From an uncultured Desulfosarcina sp. (GTDB lineage: Bacteria; Desulfobacterota; Desulfobacteria; Desulfobacterales; Desulfosarcinaceae), in assembly GCA_963674945.2 (NCBI GenBank), contig CAXXWQ010000003.1:1632001-1696000 (forward strand): a stretch of 64,000 bases of DNA. The letters run 5' to 3'. Shown one piece after another: positions 50,755 through 61,109 of this stretch (its first letter is position 1; the number at the start of each line of letters is the position of its first letter). The notes under the pieces were generated by a model that did not search any database, had not been told where the DNA came from, and was given only the letters and a program-made list of their open reading frames with translations. The translations under genes were made by a program, and so were the position numbers.

Positions 50755-51777
50755 TTATATCACTCGCCGTAGATAGGGAATCTTATATATTACCCATGAA
50801 GTCAATAAAGATATACAAAACACAATTATTGCAATTGACGGAATTGATACTGCGGGGTTATATTTCAACGGATTTAATCCAACGTACTGAATTGCCTCTA
50901 AGAAGATTGGATGGATTAAATAAACACCCAGAGTCAACGATGATAATGAAACAGTAACTTTTTTCGTATATATCGGGTTATTCCATTTTTTAAGTAGATA
51001 CATAATGCTGACAGACATGGGGATAACGGAAATGCTCAAATTGTCATAGAAATACAATCCAGCATGTAAATCTTCTTTAATTGCAAAGACAAAGCATCCA
51101 ATCGCAGTTATGAAAAATGCTGATATAAATATGCACCATAAAACAAATTTCGATGCATTTTGGTCATAATTCATTATTAGATGACCTAGAAAGAAATATG
51201 GGATATAGGAAAGAAATCGGAAGAAAAAAATCTCAGATCCTATGAAAAATATATTTTTATATATTGCATAAATAATCGAAATTGAAATTGTCAGTACTAC
51301 TAATACCTTTAATTCTCTCCCATTCGAACATTCAGCAATTTTCCGAAAAAAGGGTGTAAATAAATATAATGCAGATATCATATATAAAAACCACATATGA
51401 TAATATGGTTCACCCTTAATCAGTTTATTGAATACTTCTGACATTGACGGAATTTCAAATTTGCTACATATCACTATTTCCTTTATAACACTCCATATGA
51501 TAAAAAAAATTGACCAAAATAAAATAGGTATTAGAATTCTTGAAAGCCTTTTTTTATAAAAAAAAATAAAATCCTCTTTGCTTTTATTTGAATCGAGTAA
51601 AAGTGCGCCACTGATCATAATAAAAACAGGAACACACCATCTAAAAAATGAATTAAATATGTTTCCAATCCACCAATTTCCAGATTCAATATTGCTGTTA
51701 ACTACTACATTCGCTGCCGTATGCACGATTATTACAGCAATGGTTGCCAATACTCTCGAATTATATAACCAAATCAT
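50755..51777 (-). CDS. Acyltransferase-3 family O-acyltransferase
   Basis: R...V...H, VPVFIMISG, HMWFLY and GVYLIH motifs; multi-TM. Confidence 0.9.
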   Translation of the reverse strand: MIWLYNSRVLATIAVIIVHTAANVVVNSNIESGNWWIGNIFNSFFRWCVPVFIMISGALLLDSNKSKEDFIFFYKKRLSRILIPILFWSIFFIIWSVIKEIVICSKFEIPSMSEVFNKLIKGEPYYHMWFLYMISALYLFTPFFRKIAECSNGRELKVLVVLTISISIIYAIYKNIFFIGSEIFFFRFLSYIPYFFLGHLIMNYDQNASKFVLWCIFISAFFITAIGCFVFAIKEDLHAGLYFYDNLSISVIPMSVSIMYLLKKWNNPIYTKKVTVSLSSLTLGVYLIHPIFLEAIQYVGLNPLKYNPAVSIPSIAIIVFCISLLTSWVIYKIPYLRRVI

Positions 51778-51965
51778 CTTTGCGAGTTATCCGCTTCACT
51801 GAAGAAAAATAATTTACCACCTTCATTTGACGATACTATCTCTTACGTTAGGATAAATTCTTTTTTATTCATGTATTTGATTGAATCAAATTCAATTCAC
51901 CACAGATTCGCTTTTAACACTAATTTTTTTTGGAATTGGTTAATTTTCAGTTCCCAAGCAACATT

Positions 51966-53180
51966 CTATGACACCGGTGACCAGAGAGTCCCCAAATCAG
52001 TTGCAAGGGTCTTCAAAGAATAGCGTGACGCAATTTCTAAGCTGACTTTTTCACTTTTTTCCAGTTCGAGTGCCCTGATAAGAGCATTTGCAAATAAAAC
52101 AGGATCTCTTTCTTTAACAATGAAGCCATTTTCACCAGAACGGATCATCTCATCGGCGCCACTCACATCTGTTGAAACGAGCACCTTACCACAGGCTAAC
52201 ATTTCAAGCATCGCAAGAGACCAACCTTCCTTAAAGGATGCAACAGCGCAAACATCCGCAGCATACAGATAACTATAAACCATATTATTCGGAACGAATC
52301 CTGTTATAATAATGTTATTTTCAATGTTTAACGCTCTCGCTCTCATTTGTATTTTCGATCTATCTTCACCATCGCCAACAAAAATCAGCAACCACCTGTT
52401 ATCATAAGCAATCAAATGAGACAACGAATCAAGTAAAAAGCACCAGCCTTTCACCCAAGAGAGCCTGCCACAAGATACAATTATTTTTTTGTCGTTATCT
52501 AAATGTAATGATCCTCGACTATCTGATTTTGAAGCTCTTTTAATATTCTCAATATCCACTCTGGTTGGAAAATGATGAACGATACCCTTGCCTATTTTTC
52601 CCTTGCTACGCAAAACCATTTCGTTTATCGCTTTGTTATCGGCAGCAGCGAGTATTGTTTCAGCATTACTTATATTTAAATCTGAGAACAATTTCATTTC
52701 AAAAATCGACCCAAACGCTCTAGCCCATTTATATCTTGAATTCTCAACCGGATTGCTTACTCCGGAAAAGCAATAACATAAACTATTCCATTTGTATTTT
52801 GAAGCAGCAAAAAGCACTTCAGGAGATTCTATGAATATATTTCTAACACAAGAAGAATATAATTTAGGCATTGCTATTCTGGCATAAATATAAACAATGA
52901 GCCTCAATGGTATGAGAGGTTTTTTAAAATCGGACTGCCTTATCCGACCCATATTAAAAAATTTTATTGTTTTACCATTAAAAGGACGATCAATCCATTT
53001 TCGTAAAGGAAGTCTTTCTCTCGTAACCCCGGCAACGGCAAGCCTTTCCCCAAACGCATGCAACATTTGTTGGGCGAATCTTGCCTGCCCTCCCTTAGGC
53101 TCATCCCAAGGATCCATGCACACACAAAAAAGAGCATCAATTGACATGGCAATTTTCTTTCGAATTAAAAAATAACTCAA
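51966..53180 (-). CDS. Glycosyltransferase family 4
   Basis: GRLSWVKG, VGDG, EGWSLAMLE and GENGF motifs. Confidence 0.88.
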   Translation of the reverse strand: MSYFLIRKKIAMSIDALFCVCMDPWDEPKGGQARFAQQMLHAFGERLAVAGVTRERLPLRKWIDRPFNGKTIKFFNMGRIRQSDFKKPLIPLRLIVYIYARIAMPKLYSSCVRNIFIESPEVLFAASKYKWNSLCYCFSGVSNPVENSRYKWARAFGSIFEMKLFSDLNISNAETILAAADNKAINEMVLRSKGKIGKGIVHHFPTRVDIENIKRASKSDSRGSLHLDNDKKIIVSCGRLSWVKGWCFLLDSLSHLIAYDNRWLLIFVGDGEDRSKIQMRARALNIENNIIITGFVPNNMVYSYLYAADVCAVASFKEGWSLAMLEMLACGKVLVSTDVSGADEMIRSGENGFIVKERDPVLFANALIRALELEKSEKVSLEIASRYSLKTLATDLGTLWSPVS

Positions 53181-53208
53181 ATATAAAAAACCGGATAGGA
53201 CCGAATGA

Positions 53209-53970
53209 TTATATTTTTTTCTTTGCCTCGATGGATAGTCGATGAAGAAATTTAGGTGATGAAATGAAATTCCTGCTCCAAAGTCTTCTTGGCTCGCAGA
53301 TTAATCGTGGCAACCACTCAAGGCCTAAACTTTGAAAAAACGGATTTGAACGTTTCACCCTTCCGGAATAAAAATCGAACACCGCACCTACTGCCCCTGC
53401 AAATTTAATATTTAGGTTTCTTCGGTTTTTGAAAAGCCACTTTTCCTGCTTTGGGGCCGTCATGCCAACCCACAATACGTCGGGGGCAGCTTTATTCACG
53501 GCATTTATCATTTCTCTGTCATCCTGCGCAGAAAATGAATTCTTAAATGGCGGTGAATATGCGCCAGCTATTGTCAGGCCAGGCCAGTCAATACGAATTT
53601 TATTACAGATTTCCATCAGATTGGTCTCTGTTGAACCCAAAAAAAATATCTTTGCGCCAGTACGATTTAGTCTTTCATGGAGACCGTAAAATATATCGCT
53701 ACCAGTTATTCGTTTATTTATCCGGCCCCCAAGAATTCGTGAGGCCAATACAATTCCTGCTCCATCAGGAATAAGCCAGTCAGAATCATATAGCGACTTT
53801 GAAAATTCACAATCATCGATAGAAACCACATAGGAGTGGGGATTAATGCATGATAGAATCCTGCAGCCCTTTCCTCCTTCTATCCAACGCACAATATTAT
53901 CTAATACATTTTGAAGGTCTGAAGCTACCACATGATAGCCCATTATGTCTTCAGTCAAGAAAGTGTTCAA
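53209..53970 (-). CDS. WecG/TagA/CpsF family glycosyltransferase
   Basis: NPH, PDG, GSD, WVGMTAPKQE, VGAVFDF and LEWLPRL motifs. Confidence 0.93.
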   Translation of the reverse strand: MNTFLTEDIMGYHVVASDLQNVLDNIVRWIEGGKGCRILSCINPHSYVVSIDDCEFSKSLYDSDWLIPDGAGIVLASRILGGRINKRITGSDIFYGLHERLNRTGAKIFFLGSTETNLMEICNKIRIDWPGLTIAGAYSPPFKNSFSAQDDREMINAVNKAAPDVLWVGMTAPKQEKWLFKNRRNLNIKFAGAVGAVFDFYSGRVKRSNPFFQSLGLEWLPRLICEPRRLWSRNFISSPKFLHRLSIEAKKKI

Positions 53971-54007
53971 TTTTTGAGCTCTCTATGTATATGTTTTCAT
54001 CAACATT

Positions 54008-55276
54008 CTAATTTGTTTGGTTTGTACCGAATACAATATGATCTTTTGAAAGATGACTATTTTTAATGGCAACATTTTTTTTCTCGCCTTCAAAACTGTC
54101 CATCAAACCAATGATCATCCAGAAGAATTGGGCCGTGGGAAGGGAATAAGTTATAACACCGGTAACGAAATTCATAAAAACAATTGAAACTATCATTCCT
54201 GCATAGAAAAATTTCATCTTAATTTCAATATTCGCCGTAAACACACTCTTGATAACTGCGAAATGAATCAACAAATAAATGGAAAGCCCGATTACACCTG
54301 TTTGCATCAACAAATGAAGGTAGTCATTATGGGAGGACCAAATCTCCCAGTCCTGCCCAAAAACATGGTTTGAACCAACTCCAAGCCCCCGACCTAACAT
54401 TTTTTCATAAAAACTATATCTTAGAAAAAGTCCGATGTTATGCGCCCAAATTGTGGATCTGCCACTCGAAGCAGTTTTAATTTGAATTTCATTGGTTTTA
54501 AAAAGAAGTTGCTGCAGAAAATCAATATTCAAAATTAATACGATAAGCGAAACGAATAAAAACAGAAAAAAATACTTTTTATTCAACCCTAAGAGACAAA
54601 AGGACCACAAGAGAAAGGTGCCAATTAAGATACTTCTTGCGTATGACTTAAAGATACAATAAAAAGAAACAAGCAACATCAAGAAAAGAGCGTACTGAGC
54701 ATACCTCTTCGTAACACCTATAGTTATCGCTTTTATGTAGTAAAATGCTGTAAAAAAGAAGAGTGCACCTGCCATTATATGGATTTTAGAGAACAGCCCG
54801 GAATATCTCTCTAAGCCCGTTATATAGTCAACTTGGCTGACGGATACACCTCTGAGAATCTCGTAGAAACTCCCAAAAACGGGAATTAGGTAAGAAACAA
54901 TCAAAATTGTTACCATTAAGTTAACTTCTTTTTGATTCGTAACGAATATTCGCGTTGAAAAATAAATCACGAATGGCAAAACAATTTGGGAAACTACACG
55001 CACCTGCGAACCCCATAAGACACTAAAAACACAATATGTACAAAATAATATTATTAATAATGAAGTTAAATCGTATTTTAATTTACCTATATTAAATAAA
55101 ACAAAAATCATCAACAAATATGATATCGTTATTGCGAATAGCTCTAAAATGCTAAAACCGACAATTCCAAAATCCATTTTTATTAATGTTATTGGCCTAA
55201 GAGCACAAAAAAACAATAAAATAAAAACACCAATTTTAAAGGTTGCGGTATTTAGTATTCTTTGATTTTTCTGCAT
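54008..55276 (-). CDS. O-antigen ligase / Wzy polymerase family protein
   Basis: Multi-TM with SSGR..IW, GRGLG and HNDYL...G.IG motifs. Confidence 0.85.
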   Translation of the reverse strand: MQKNQRILNTATFKIGVFILLFFCALRPITLIKMDFGIVGFSILELFAITISYLLMIFVLFNIGKLKYDLTSLLIILFCTYCVFSVLWGSQVRVVSQIVLPFVIYFSTRIFVTNQKEVNLMVTILIVSYLIPVFGSFYEILRGVSVSQVDYITGLERYSGLFSKIHIMAGALFFFTAFYYIKAITIGVTKRYAQYALFLMLLVSFYCIFKSYARSILIGTFLLWSFCLLGLNKKYFFLFLFVSLIVLILNIDFLQQLLFKTNEIQIKTASSGRSTIWAHNIGLFLRYSFYEKMLGRGLGVGSNHVFGQDWEIWSSHNDYLHLLMQTGVIGLSIYLLIHFAVIKSVFTANIEIKMKFFYAGMIVSIVFMNFVTGVITYSLPTAQFFWMIIGLMDSFEGEKKNVAIKNSHLSKDHIVFGTNQTN

Positions 55277-55525
55277 ATTTTCTTCTATCAGACTATCCTA
55301 ATTTAATTTATTTTTAATTTAAAACTTGGTAAAAATCGGAAACAACAAAATATTGATTATGAGACAGATGGTACGTAATACGATCTTGTTCAACCAACAA
55401 GCGAAAGTGTCATCATTGCCGGTTTATGGCATTGAGAATATATGGCAACACTTTCGTGTGTAAGAATTTGTTATACAGAAAAGAGCTCCATGAAAAAGAA
55501 AAAAGTTCAAACGGAACGAAGAGAT

Positions 55526-55567
55526 ATTCCCGCTGCCTGTCGAGTTTTGACAGACAGCGGGGGAAAT
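55526..55567 (-). terminator. Possible intrinsic terminator after the secreted-protein gene
   Basis: Stem CCCGCTGCCTGTC / GACAGACAGCGGG ~50 bp after the stop; the U-tract is not immediately adjacent. Confidence 0.45.
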
Positions 55568-55615
55568 GGACGCCGTCGCTTGGACAGCCTTGCGGACGGG
55601 ATATATTACGTAAAA

Positions 55616-57334
55616 TTATTGAATAATACTGATTTGCACGCCGTTAGGAGGAACCAAAGCATTTAGCTTATTCGAACCCCAGTTCGAAAAATATTGACTG
55701 ACATGTACGGTAGGGTCGCTTTGCAATATTTTAACATTCGCTCCTGTAGCAACAACGCCCTTGCTGTTATTGCTTACATATACATGGCAGTTGTTCAACG
55801 TCAGGCCGTAGGACAGCGTATTATTATAGTAGGCGTTGTTACGGTTGATAAACGGCCATGGGGTTCGCCCGGAATGCACCGCTGACTTATCGTATACCAT
55901 CTCGATTAAACCATAACAGCTGTTTCCTCTGATGATGTTGAACGCAGAGAGAGTGTTGCCATAGGTTTGGGTAATACTTCCTGAGGATTGATTAAGGGAG
56001 TGAAGAGACCGAGTAGTGACACTCAGCCCGGGTGAATAGGCTATTGCATCCATTGAGTTGTTTTCTATTAGGTTCTCAAGTGTCACACCCTCAAACAGGA
56101 TGGCATCTGTAGCAAAACCGACATATCCACTGCCGGCATAGGTATTGTGATGTATCCAATTATGTCTTAGTACAAGAGAAATGATGATATAGTCACCAGG
56201 ATCCAACCCGGGAAATAGCGTTGATACATTATCCGCAAACGTAAACGTTGCGTTGTCTTGTGATCGTATCATCGCATGCCTTCCAAAGGAGCCGTCTTCA
56301 TCGTCCACGGATATCATATAAAAGCCGGAATACCTGTTTCCCGCCGCAGCCCAACCGGAATGTGATAATGTGAGTTTGTTTCCGCTTATACTGGCTACCG
56401 TGTCACGCTCGACTGTTGGGATTGCTTCAGGCTCATGACCGGGATCCGATGTTATTCCCTCCTCACACCGTCTTACGATATGGTTGTAGGCGATTTCATT
56501 GTTTTCCATGTTTCCGTCGGGATCAATGGCATATGCCCCTGACGATGGGATATCCACCTTACCATCCACATTCCAATCCCTTTTATGGATCAGAATAGGC
56601 CCTGTAAAACCACCATCTATAGAGTTAGAATTAATTTTATTTCTAGAACCTGCATGCATGGCGAAGAATCGACTCCGTCCATAGCATGGCACACTTGCAT
56701 CCCAATTGGCATGATAACTCTTAAACCAGTTCCCAACCACTTCTGAATCACAAACAAAACCAAAATACACGGACGGACTATCAACATAAAAGGATCCGTA
56801 AAAAGCATTCCGCTTTATCTCCAGGCCGGTTATTTTTTTGTGAGACGGCGACGTAGGGGCCGCATGAATTGTATACGGGGCAGCCACATACCTTCCATCT
56901 CCGCCATCATACCCGAACCGCCCATCATATATTTTAACATTATTAACCCATGCGTTAATTCTCGTATTTCTAAATACCGGTTCGATCGTCTTATCGCCGT
57001 TAACAGGATCAAAATCGCCATTCTCATAGAAATCCAGCGTGATTCCCATTACGGGAGTCAGATTATACGCTTCGCTGCTCCAAATTCCTTTTGGATAAAC
57101 CACATCATCAGGGTCTAGTTTACTGGCACTGTCGGAGGTCGACCAGTTACCCGGGTCGTTAAAATTACTGGCAGACATGGCGTTTGCAACGGTTGTCGGC
57201 ACAGTATTCCATGTACCTGTATCTCCTGAATTACTTCCAGCACCGGTAGGGCTTAAATAGTAGTATTGCGTCGTTGCGAATGCAGAGGATGCAGAAAACA
57301 GACATAAAATCAGTAGAAAAATTTTTTTGATCAT
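55616..57334 (-). CDS. Secreted protein, probable right-handed beta-helix (lyase/hydrolase-like)
   Basis: Signal peptide MIKKIFLLILCLFSASSAFA, YYLSPTGAG, and repeated N-x-I-x-x-N strands (NNEIAYN, HNWIHHN, ENLIENN, FNIIRGN). Confidence 0.65.
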   Translation of the reverse strand: MIKKIFLLILCLFSASSAFATTQYYYLSPTGAGSNSGDTGTWNTVPTTVANAMSASNFNDPGNWSTSDSASKLDPDDVVYPKGIWSSEAYNLTPVMGITLDFYENGDFDPVNGDKTIEPVFRNTRINAWVNNVKIYDGRFGYDGGDGRYVAAPYTIHAAPTSPSHKKITGLEIKRNAFYGSFYVDSPSVYFGFVCDSEVVGNWFKSYHANWDASVPCYGRSRFFAMHAGSRNKINSNSIDGGFTGPILIHKRDWNVDGKVDIPSSGAYAIDPDGNMENNEIAYNHIVRRCEEGITSDPGHEPEAIPTVERDTVASISGNKLTLSHSGWAAAGNRYSGFYMISVDDEDGSFGRHAMIRSQDNATFTFADNVSTLFPGLDPGDYIIISLVLRHNWIHHNTYAGSGYVGFATDAILFEGVTLENLIENNSMDAIAYSPGLSVTTRSLHSLNQSSGSITQTYGNTLSAFNIIRGNSCYGLIEMVYDKSAVHSGRTPWPFINRNNAYYNNTLSYGLTLNNCHVYVSNNSKGVVATGANVKILQSDPTVHVSQYFSNWGSNKLNALVPPNGVQISIIQ

Positions 57335-57529
57335 TTTTTTGTACCTTGTTAGAACAATAATTTTATCACAATTTGTGCACATTTATGATAATTCGTATGC
57401 AAGTTTTTGCATTTTTTTAAATGCTGGAATCTTATTTTTTGAATTCAATACAGAATCCAATTTAGCGTAATTGTAGCTCATGATTAAAACCTTCATATCG
57501 TTAATTTGTTGTATTCGGTCACAACATTA

Positions 57530-57546
57530 AGCATGATTGATGCCAA
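57530..57546 (-). promoter_or_regulatory. Putative sigma-54 promoter for the secreted-protein gene
   Basis: Minus strand TTGGCATCAATCATGCT = TGGCA...GG-N10-GC, within a ~590-bp intergenic gap. Confidence 0.6.
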
Positions 57547-57921
57547 AAACCATAAGAAACAATCAATCAGGGATTAGTTTGATAGATCCTTATGGATGAA
57601 CCAGGCTCCTTTTCCTTTTTGACGGTACGCAGTCCTTCATTTCCGGATTGAAAGTTAATGAAAGACATTCGAAAAGAGAGAACCTTGTCCTTTCGCCAGC
57701 CTGTATAAGATCGTTTTTGCATCCGGATCTTCCAAACAGGCGAATATAATCGCGCGCATTACATTGTTATAGTGACTTATCGATCGCCCTGTTTTAAACT
57801 TGAGGCCTTTGCACAACCACGATAGAATTTACACGCAGGCTGATTGCTGGCCGAGGATGTGTTCCCACTGAAAAATTCACAAGGGCGGGAACCTGAATGG
57901 TTTCTGGATGTATGATCGCAA

Positions 57922-58914
57922 TTAAAGGGGATGCCGTTTTAATCGTTGCATAAAAGCAAAAAACCGCCATTTGGCCAGTCGTAACAGATCAAAAATGATT
58001 GATGGGATGTAGCTTAGCAGCATCCAAAATCTTTTTTCGGTTGCGGATCCGTTGCTCATGACCTTTGCCAACACTCGTCTTCCTTCCTCGGGCTTCCCTG
58101 ATGTAATAAATAGCTTTGCATACCCGATCTTCCGTTTCGCGACATATTCGATCAGATCATTGCGCAAATGGTCTGGAACAACGCGAGACTTCAGCGCCAA
58201 CTCGGCTCTTTTCAAATATGGCAATTTTTCCACGTACACGGTCACGGCATCGGTCCGGTTGACAGCATCCTGGTGATAGACCGCCAAGGGATAATTGCTG
58301 TAGGCAATCGGGAATCGAAGCGCGATCCTGAGCCACATGTCCAAGTCCTCCCCAAGATTCTGGCCGACCTGAAATCCACCGATGACATGAAAGACATATT
58401 TCGGGATGGCCACGGCCGATGTGTGCAGGACGTGCATGCCGAATGAAGCCCTAAAGTAACTCGGCAAAATCCCCTCCCAACCCTTGGGAATCCCGGCGTA
58501 TGAAGGAAAATATGTTTTTCCGCTACGGACCGGCGTTTCGTATGAAGTACCGAACGCGCCAGCATGTGGGAAACGATTGCGAAGATATATAATTTTCTCA
58601 AGGAATCCGGGTTTCCATTCATCGTCAGCATCCAGAAAGGCAATCAGATCTGATCTGGACTTACGAATTCCATAATTACGGGCTGCGGATACGCCCTGAT
58701 TTTCTTGACTTATAACTTCAATGCGTCGATCCGGTATCGCCGAAACGATCGCTTTTCCGTTGTCCGTTGAACCGTCATCGATCACTATTATTTCAATATG
58801 TTGGATATTTTGCGCCAATACCGAAGAAATTGTGCGCTCGATATGAGGTTCCTTGTTATAAAGGGGAACGACCACCGATATTTCCGGTTGAGGATGAGGC
58901 ATGATTTTCGTCAA
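57922..58914 (-). CDS. Glycosyltransferase family 2
   Basis: SVVVPLYN, IDDGSTD, NQGVSAARN, FLDADD and GED motifs. Confidence 0.92.
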   Translation of the reverse strand: MTKIMPHPQPEISVVVPLYNKEPHIERTISSVLAQNIQHIEIIVIDDGSTDNGKAIVSAIPDRRIEVISQENQGVSAARNYGIRKSRSDLIAFLDADDEWKPGFLEKIIYLRNRFPHAGAFGTSYETPVRSGKTYFPSYAGIPKGWEGILPSYFRASFGMHVLHTSAVAIPKYVFHVIGGFQVGQNLGEDLDMWLRIALRFPIAYSNYPLAVYHQDAVNRTDAVTVYVEKLPYLKRAELALKSRVVPDHLRNDLIEYVAKRKIGYAKLFITSGKPEEGRRVLAKVMSNGSATEKRFWMLLSYIPSIIFDLLRLAKWRFFAFMQRLKRHPL

Positions 58915-58996
58915 TAATGGAAATAAATGTTTTTTGTTATCAGTGCATTACAACGATGCGGAAAAAGATGACCGACTGGGATAGTATGATACCGTA

Positions 58997-59959
58997 TCAG
59001 GCACTCGTAATCTTTCTAAATCCTCTCATCAGGCCAATCATTGGATTTATGTTTTTTTCCTTAATTGTCCAATACAAACCGATGAACAAGACTCCCACGT
59101 TACTCCACAAATAAAAGAGCCAATCCAAATTGGATTTTTTTATTAGTTTCTTGAAAACATAATTATGGTTAAGGACCGTCATCTCAAAATATCTTTTTAA
59201 GTTAATCCTTTGTGATGGGGAGTGATGGTGTACCAACTTGGCATCTGAAACATACATCAGCTTGTACTTCTGGCTAATTCGATATGAAAATTCAGCGTCC
59301 TCCATTAGACTATATCCTTCGAAATATTCATCAAATAAAAAGTCTTCAAAAACGTTTTTCCGATAAAACATATTGCATCCCGATAATATTCGAGTAAATC
59401 GGTTCCTATTTGATGCTTGGCCGCTAATGAAGTTTGGGAATCCGGCTTTCGTTATAGACCCGACATTGCTATTACGATTGAACATAAATATTTTGTAATA
59501 AAGACTTTCGCTCGTTTTTCTTTTTGGCAAGTTTAAAATATTTCCTGTAGCACCATAAATTGAACTATAATCTTCAAAACATGATGCAATTTCATATAAG
59601 TACATCTTCTCTAAGATGACATCATCATCAAGAAACCCAATTATATCTCCTGTGGCTTTTGCGATACCAATATTTCTTTGTCGCGTAAGGCCTGGATTTG
59701 TTTTAATATATTGAACATTGAACGGGTTATTGGTTATATAATTACGAACGATCTCTTTGGAAGAGTTGTCATGGCTTGCATCAACGATAATTACTTCATG
59801 CGGAAAATAATTTTGATTTTCAATCGAGCGTAAACATTCCTTCAAATCGTTTGGACGATTCATTGTGCATACAACGATAGAAATGGTAACACATTTTTTC
59901 GTATTTCTGTATTCCATGATTTCTTCTTTTTCAATCGGCTGATCTTTTTCTACAAACAT
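58997..59959 (-). CDS. Glycosyltransferase family 2
   Basis: SIVVCTMNR, GLTRQRN, FLDDD, GCNM and ED motifs. Confidence 0.9.
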   Translation of the reverse strand: MFVEKDQPIEKEEIMEYRNTKKCVTISIVVCTMNRPNDLKECLRSIENQNYFPHEVIIVDASHDNSSKEIVRNYITNNPFNVQYIKTNPGLTRQRNIGIAKATGDIIGFLDDDVILEKMYLYEIASCFEDYSSIYGATGNILNLPKRKTSESLYYKIFMFNRNSNVGSITKAGFPNFISGQASNRNRFTRILSGCNMFYRKNVFEDFLFDEYFEGYSLMEDAEFSYRISQKYKLMYVSDAKLVHHHSPSQRINLKRYFEMTVLNHNYVFKKLIKKSNLDWLFYLWSNVGVLFIGLYWTIKEKNINPMIGLMRGFRKITSA

Positions 59960-59971
59960 AATACCCTTTAG

Positions 59972-61099
59972 TTATTCTATAAATACCACTTCTTTTACCG
60001 CATCTAAGAATTCGTAACCATACTTTAAGTCCGGTTCAAGATAATTACCTTCTGCCCACTCGTTCCACGATTTTATAAAGACGATTTTTTTTTCATTTTC
60101 CAGGTGACCTATCTGTTTAATAGCCGTCTGAAGATGTTTTCTGAAAAGAACAGGTGTGGCATTTCGAAAAACGATTCCATTGTAACCGCTTCGTGGTGTA
60201 TTATCCCAATTGGGCATTACACTCGGGAAATGATTTACTTCACCGCTTAACCTCGGAAAACCAGCATGAACGAAATCCCTATAGGAATAAATAAAGGGCT
60301 TACGTAGAAACTTTAGCTGAGGAAGTTCTGCAAGATGTCGAATCGCCTTCTTTGTAAAAATTTTTCCGGTTTTAGCCAATCCATTGCCGTTCTTTGCGAT
60401 TTTACTTAGTGCAAGTGGTAAAATATCCATGAAGGTCCCATCAAAACCATCCTTTACAGGTGACCATGGGCGGGAATCTATCTTTCCGACAAAGTACAAT
60501 CCTTTTAAACCGGCCTTTACAGCCAGTTCGCGCCAATGATCTGTAAATTCTCTTCTCGGTACAGGGATTTCCAAAGGGTTGTACACAACGAACAAGGGTT
60601 TTCCGTCAACCTTGATATAGCGCTCGTCTCCGAAAGCATCCAAAAGAGCATAAAAGTGCGTCTCGTAATCCTGTTTTCCCGGATAGGTCTGTTCCATAAG
60701 AATTCGATTCGGTGCGCCATGCCAAATACCCGTCCAGGTCTGATTGGCCCACGCCAAACAAAAGGGAAAGTCCGGCTGCCCTGAATTCAACACCTCATTG
60801 AAGGGTCTTTCCAGTAGCCGCTTTCCCGCAAACCAATAGTGCCAATAACAAAACCCCTCGACACCGTATTTTCTTGCCATTTCCGCCTGGGCAAGCCGTG
60901 TTTCCGGAACCCGTAAGTCGTAAAACCCGAGATCCGCCGGCACATGGGGCTGATAGTGGCCCGAAAACAATGGTCTGGCCTTGGCCACGTTCGTCCATTC
61001 GGTAAACCCTGTTCCCCACCAACGATCATTTTCTGGGATGGGGTGAAATTGTGGAAGATAAAATGCGATCAACCTCGCTTTGGTTTGTTCTTTTTCCAT
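59972..61099 (-). CDS. WbsX-like / GH99-like domain protein
   Basis: AFYLPQFHPIPEN, GFTEWTNV, LGFYDLR, WDNTPR and SWNEWAEG motifs. Confidence 0.9.
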   Translation of the reverse strand: MEKEQTKARLIAFYLPQFHPIPENDRWWGTGFTEWTNVAKARPLFSGHYQPHVPADLGFYDLRVPETRLAQAEMARKYGVEGFCYWHYWFAGKRLLERPFNEVLNSGQPDFPFCLAWANQTWTGIWHGAPNRILMEQTYPGKQDYETHFYALLDAFGDERYIKVDGKPLFVVYNPLEIPVPRREFTDHWRELAVKAGLKGLYFVGKIDSRPWSPVKDGFDGTFMDILPLALSKIAKNGNGLAKTGKIFTKKAIRHLAELPQLKFLRKPFIYSYRDFVHAGFPRLSGEVNHFPSVMPNWDNTPRSGYNGIVFRNATPVLFRKHLQTAIKQIGHLENEKKIVFIKSWNEWAEGNYLEPDLKYGYEFLDAVKEVVFIE

Positions 61100-61109
61100 T
61101 TGGTTCGAT

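Noticed and set aside
55385..55456. Hairpins (CTTGTT/AACAAG; CGAAAGTGT/ACACTTTCG) as a riboswitch upstream of the Wzy-like gene
   Set aside because: Short stems with no match to any riboswitch consensus I can recognise.
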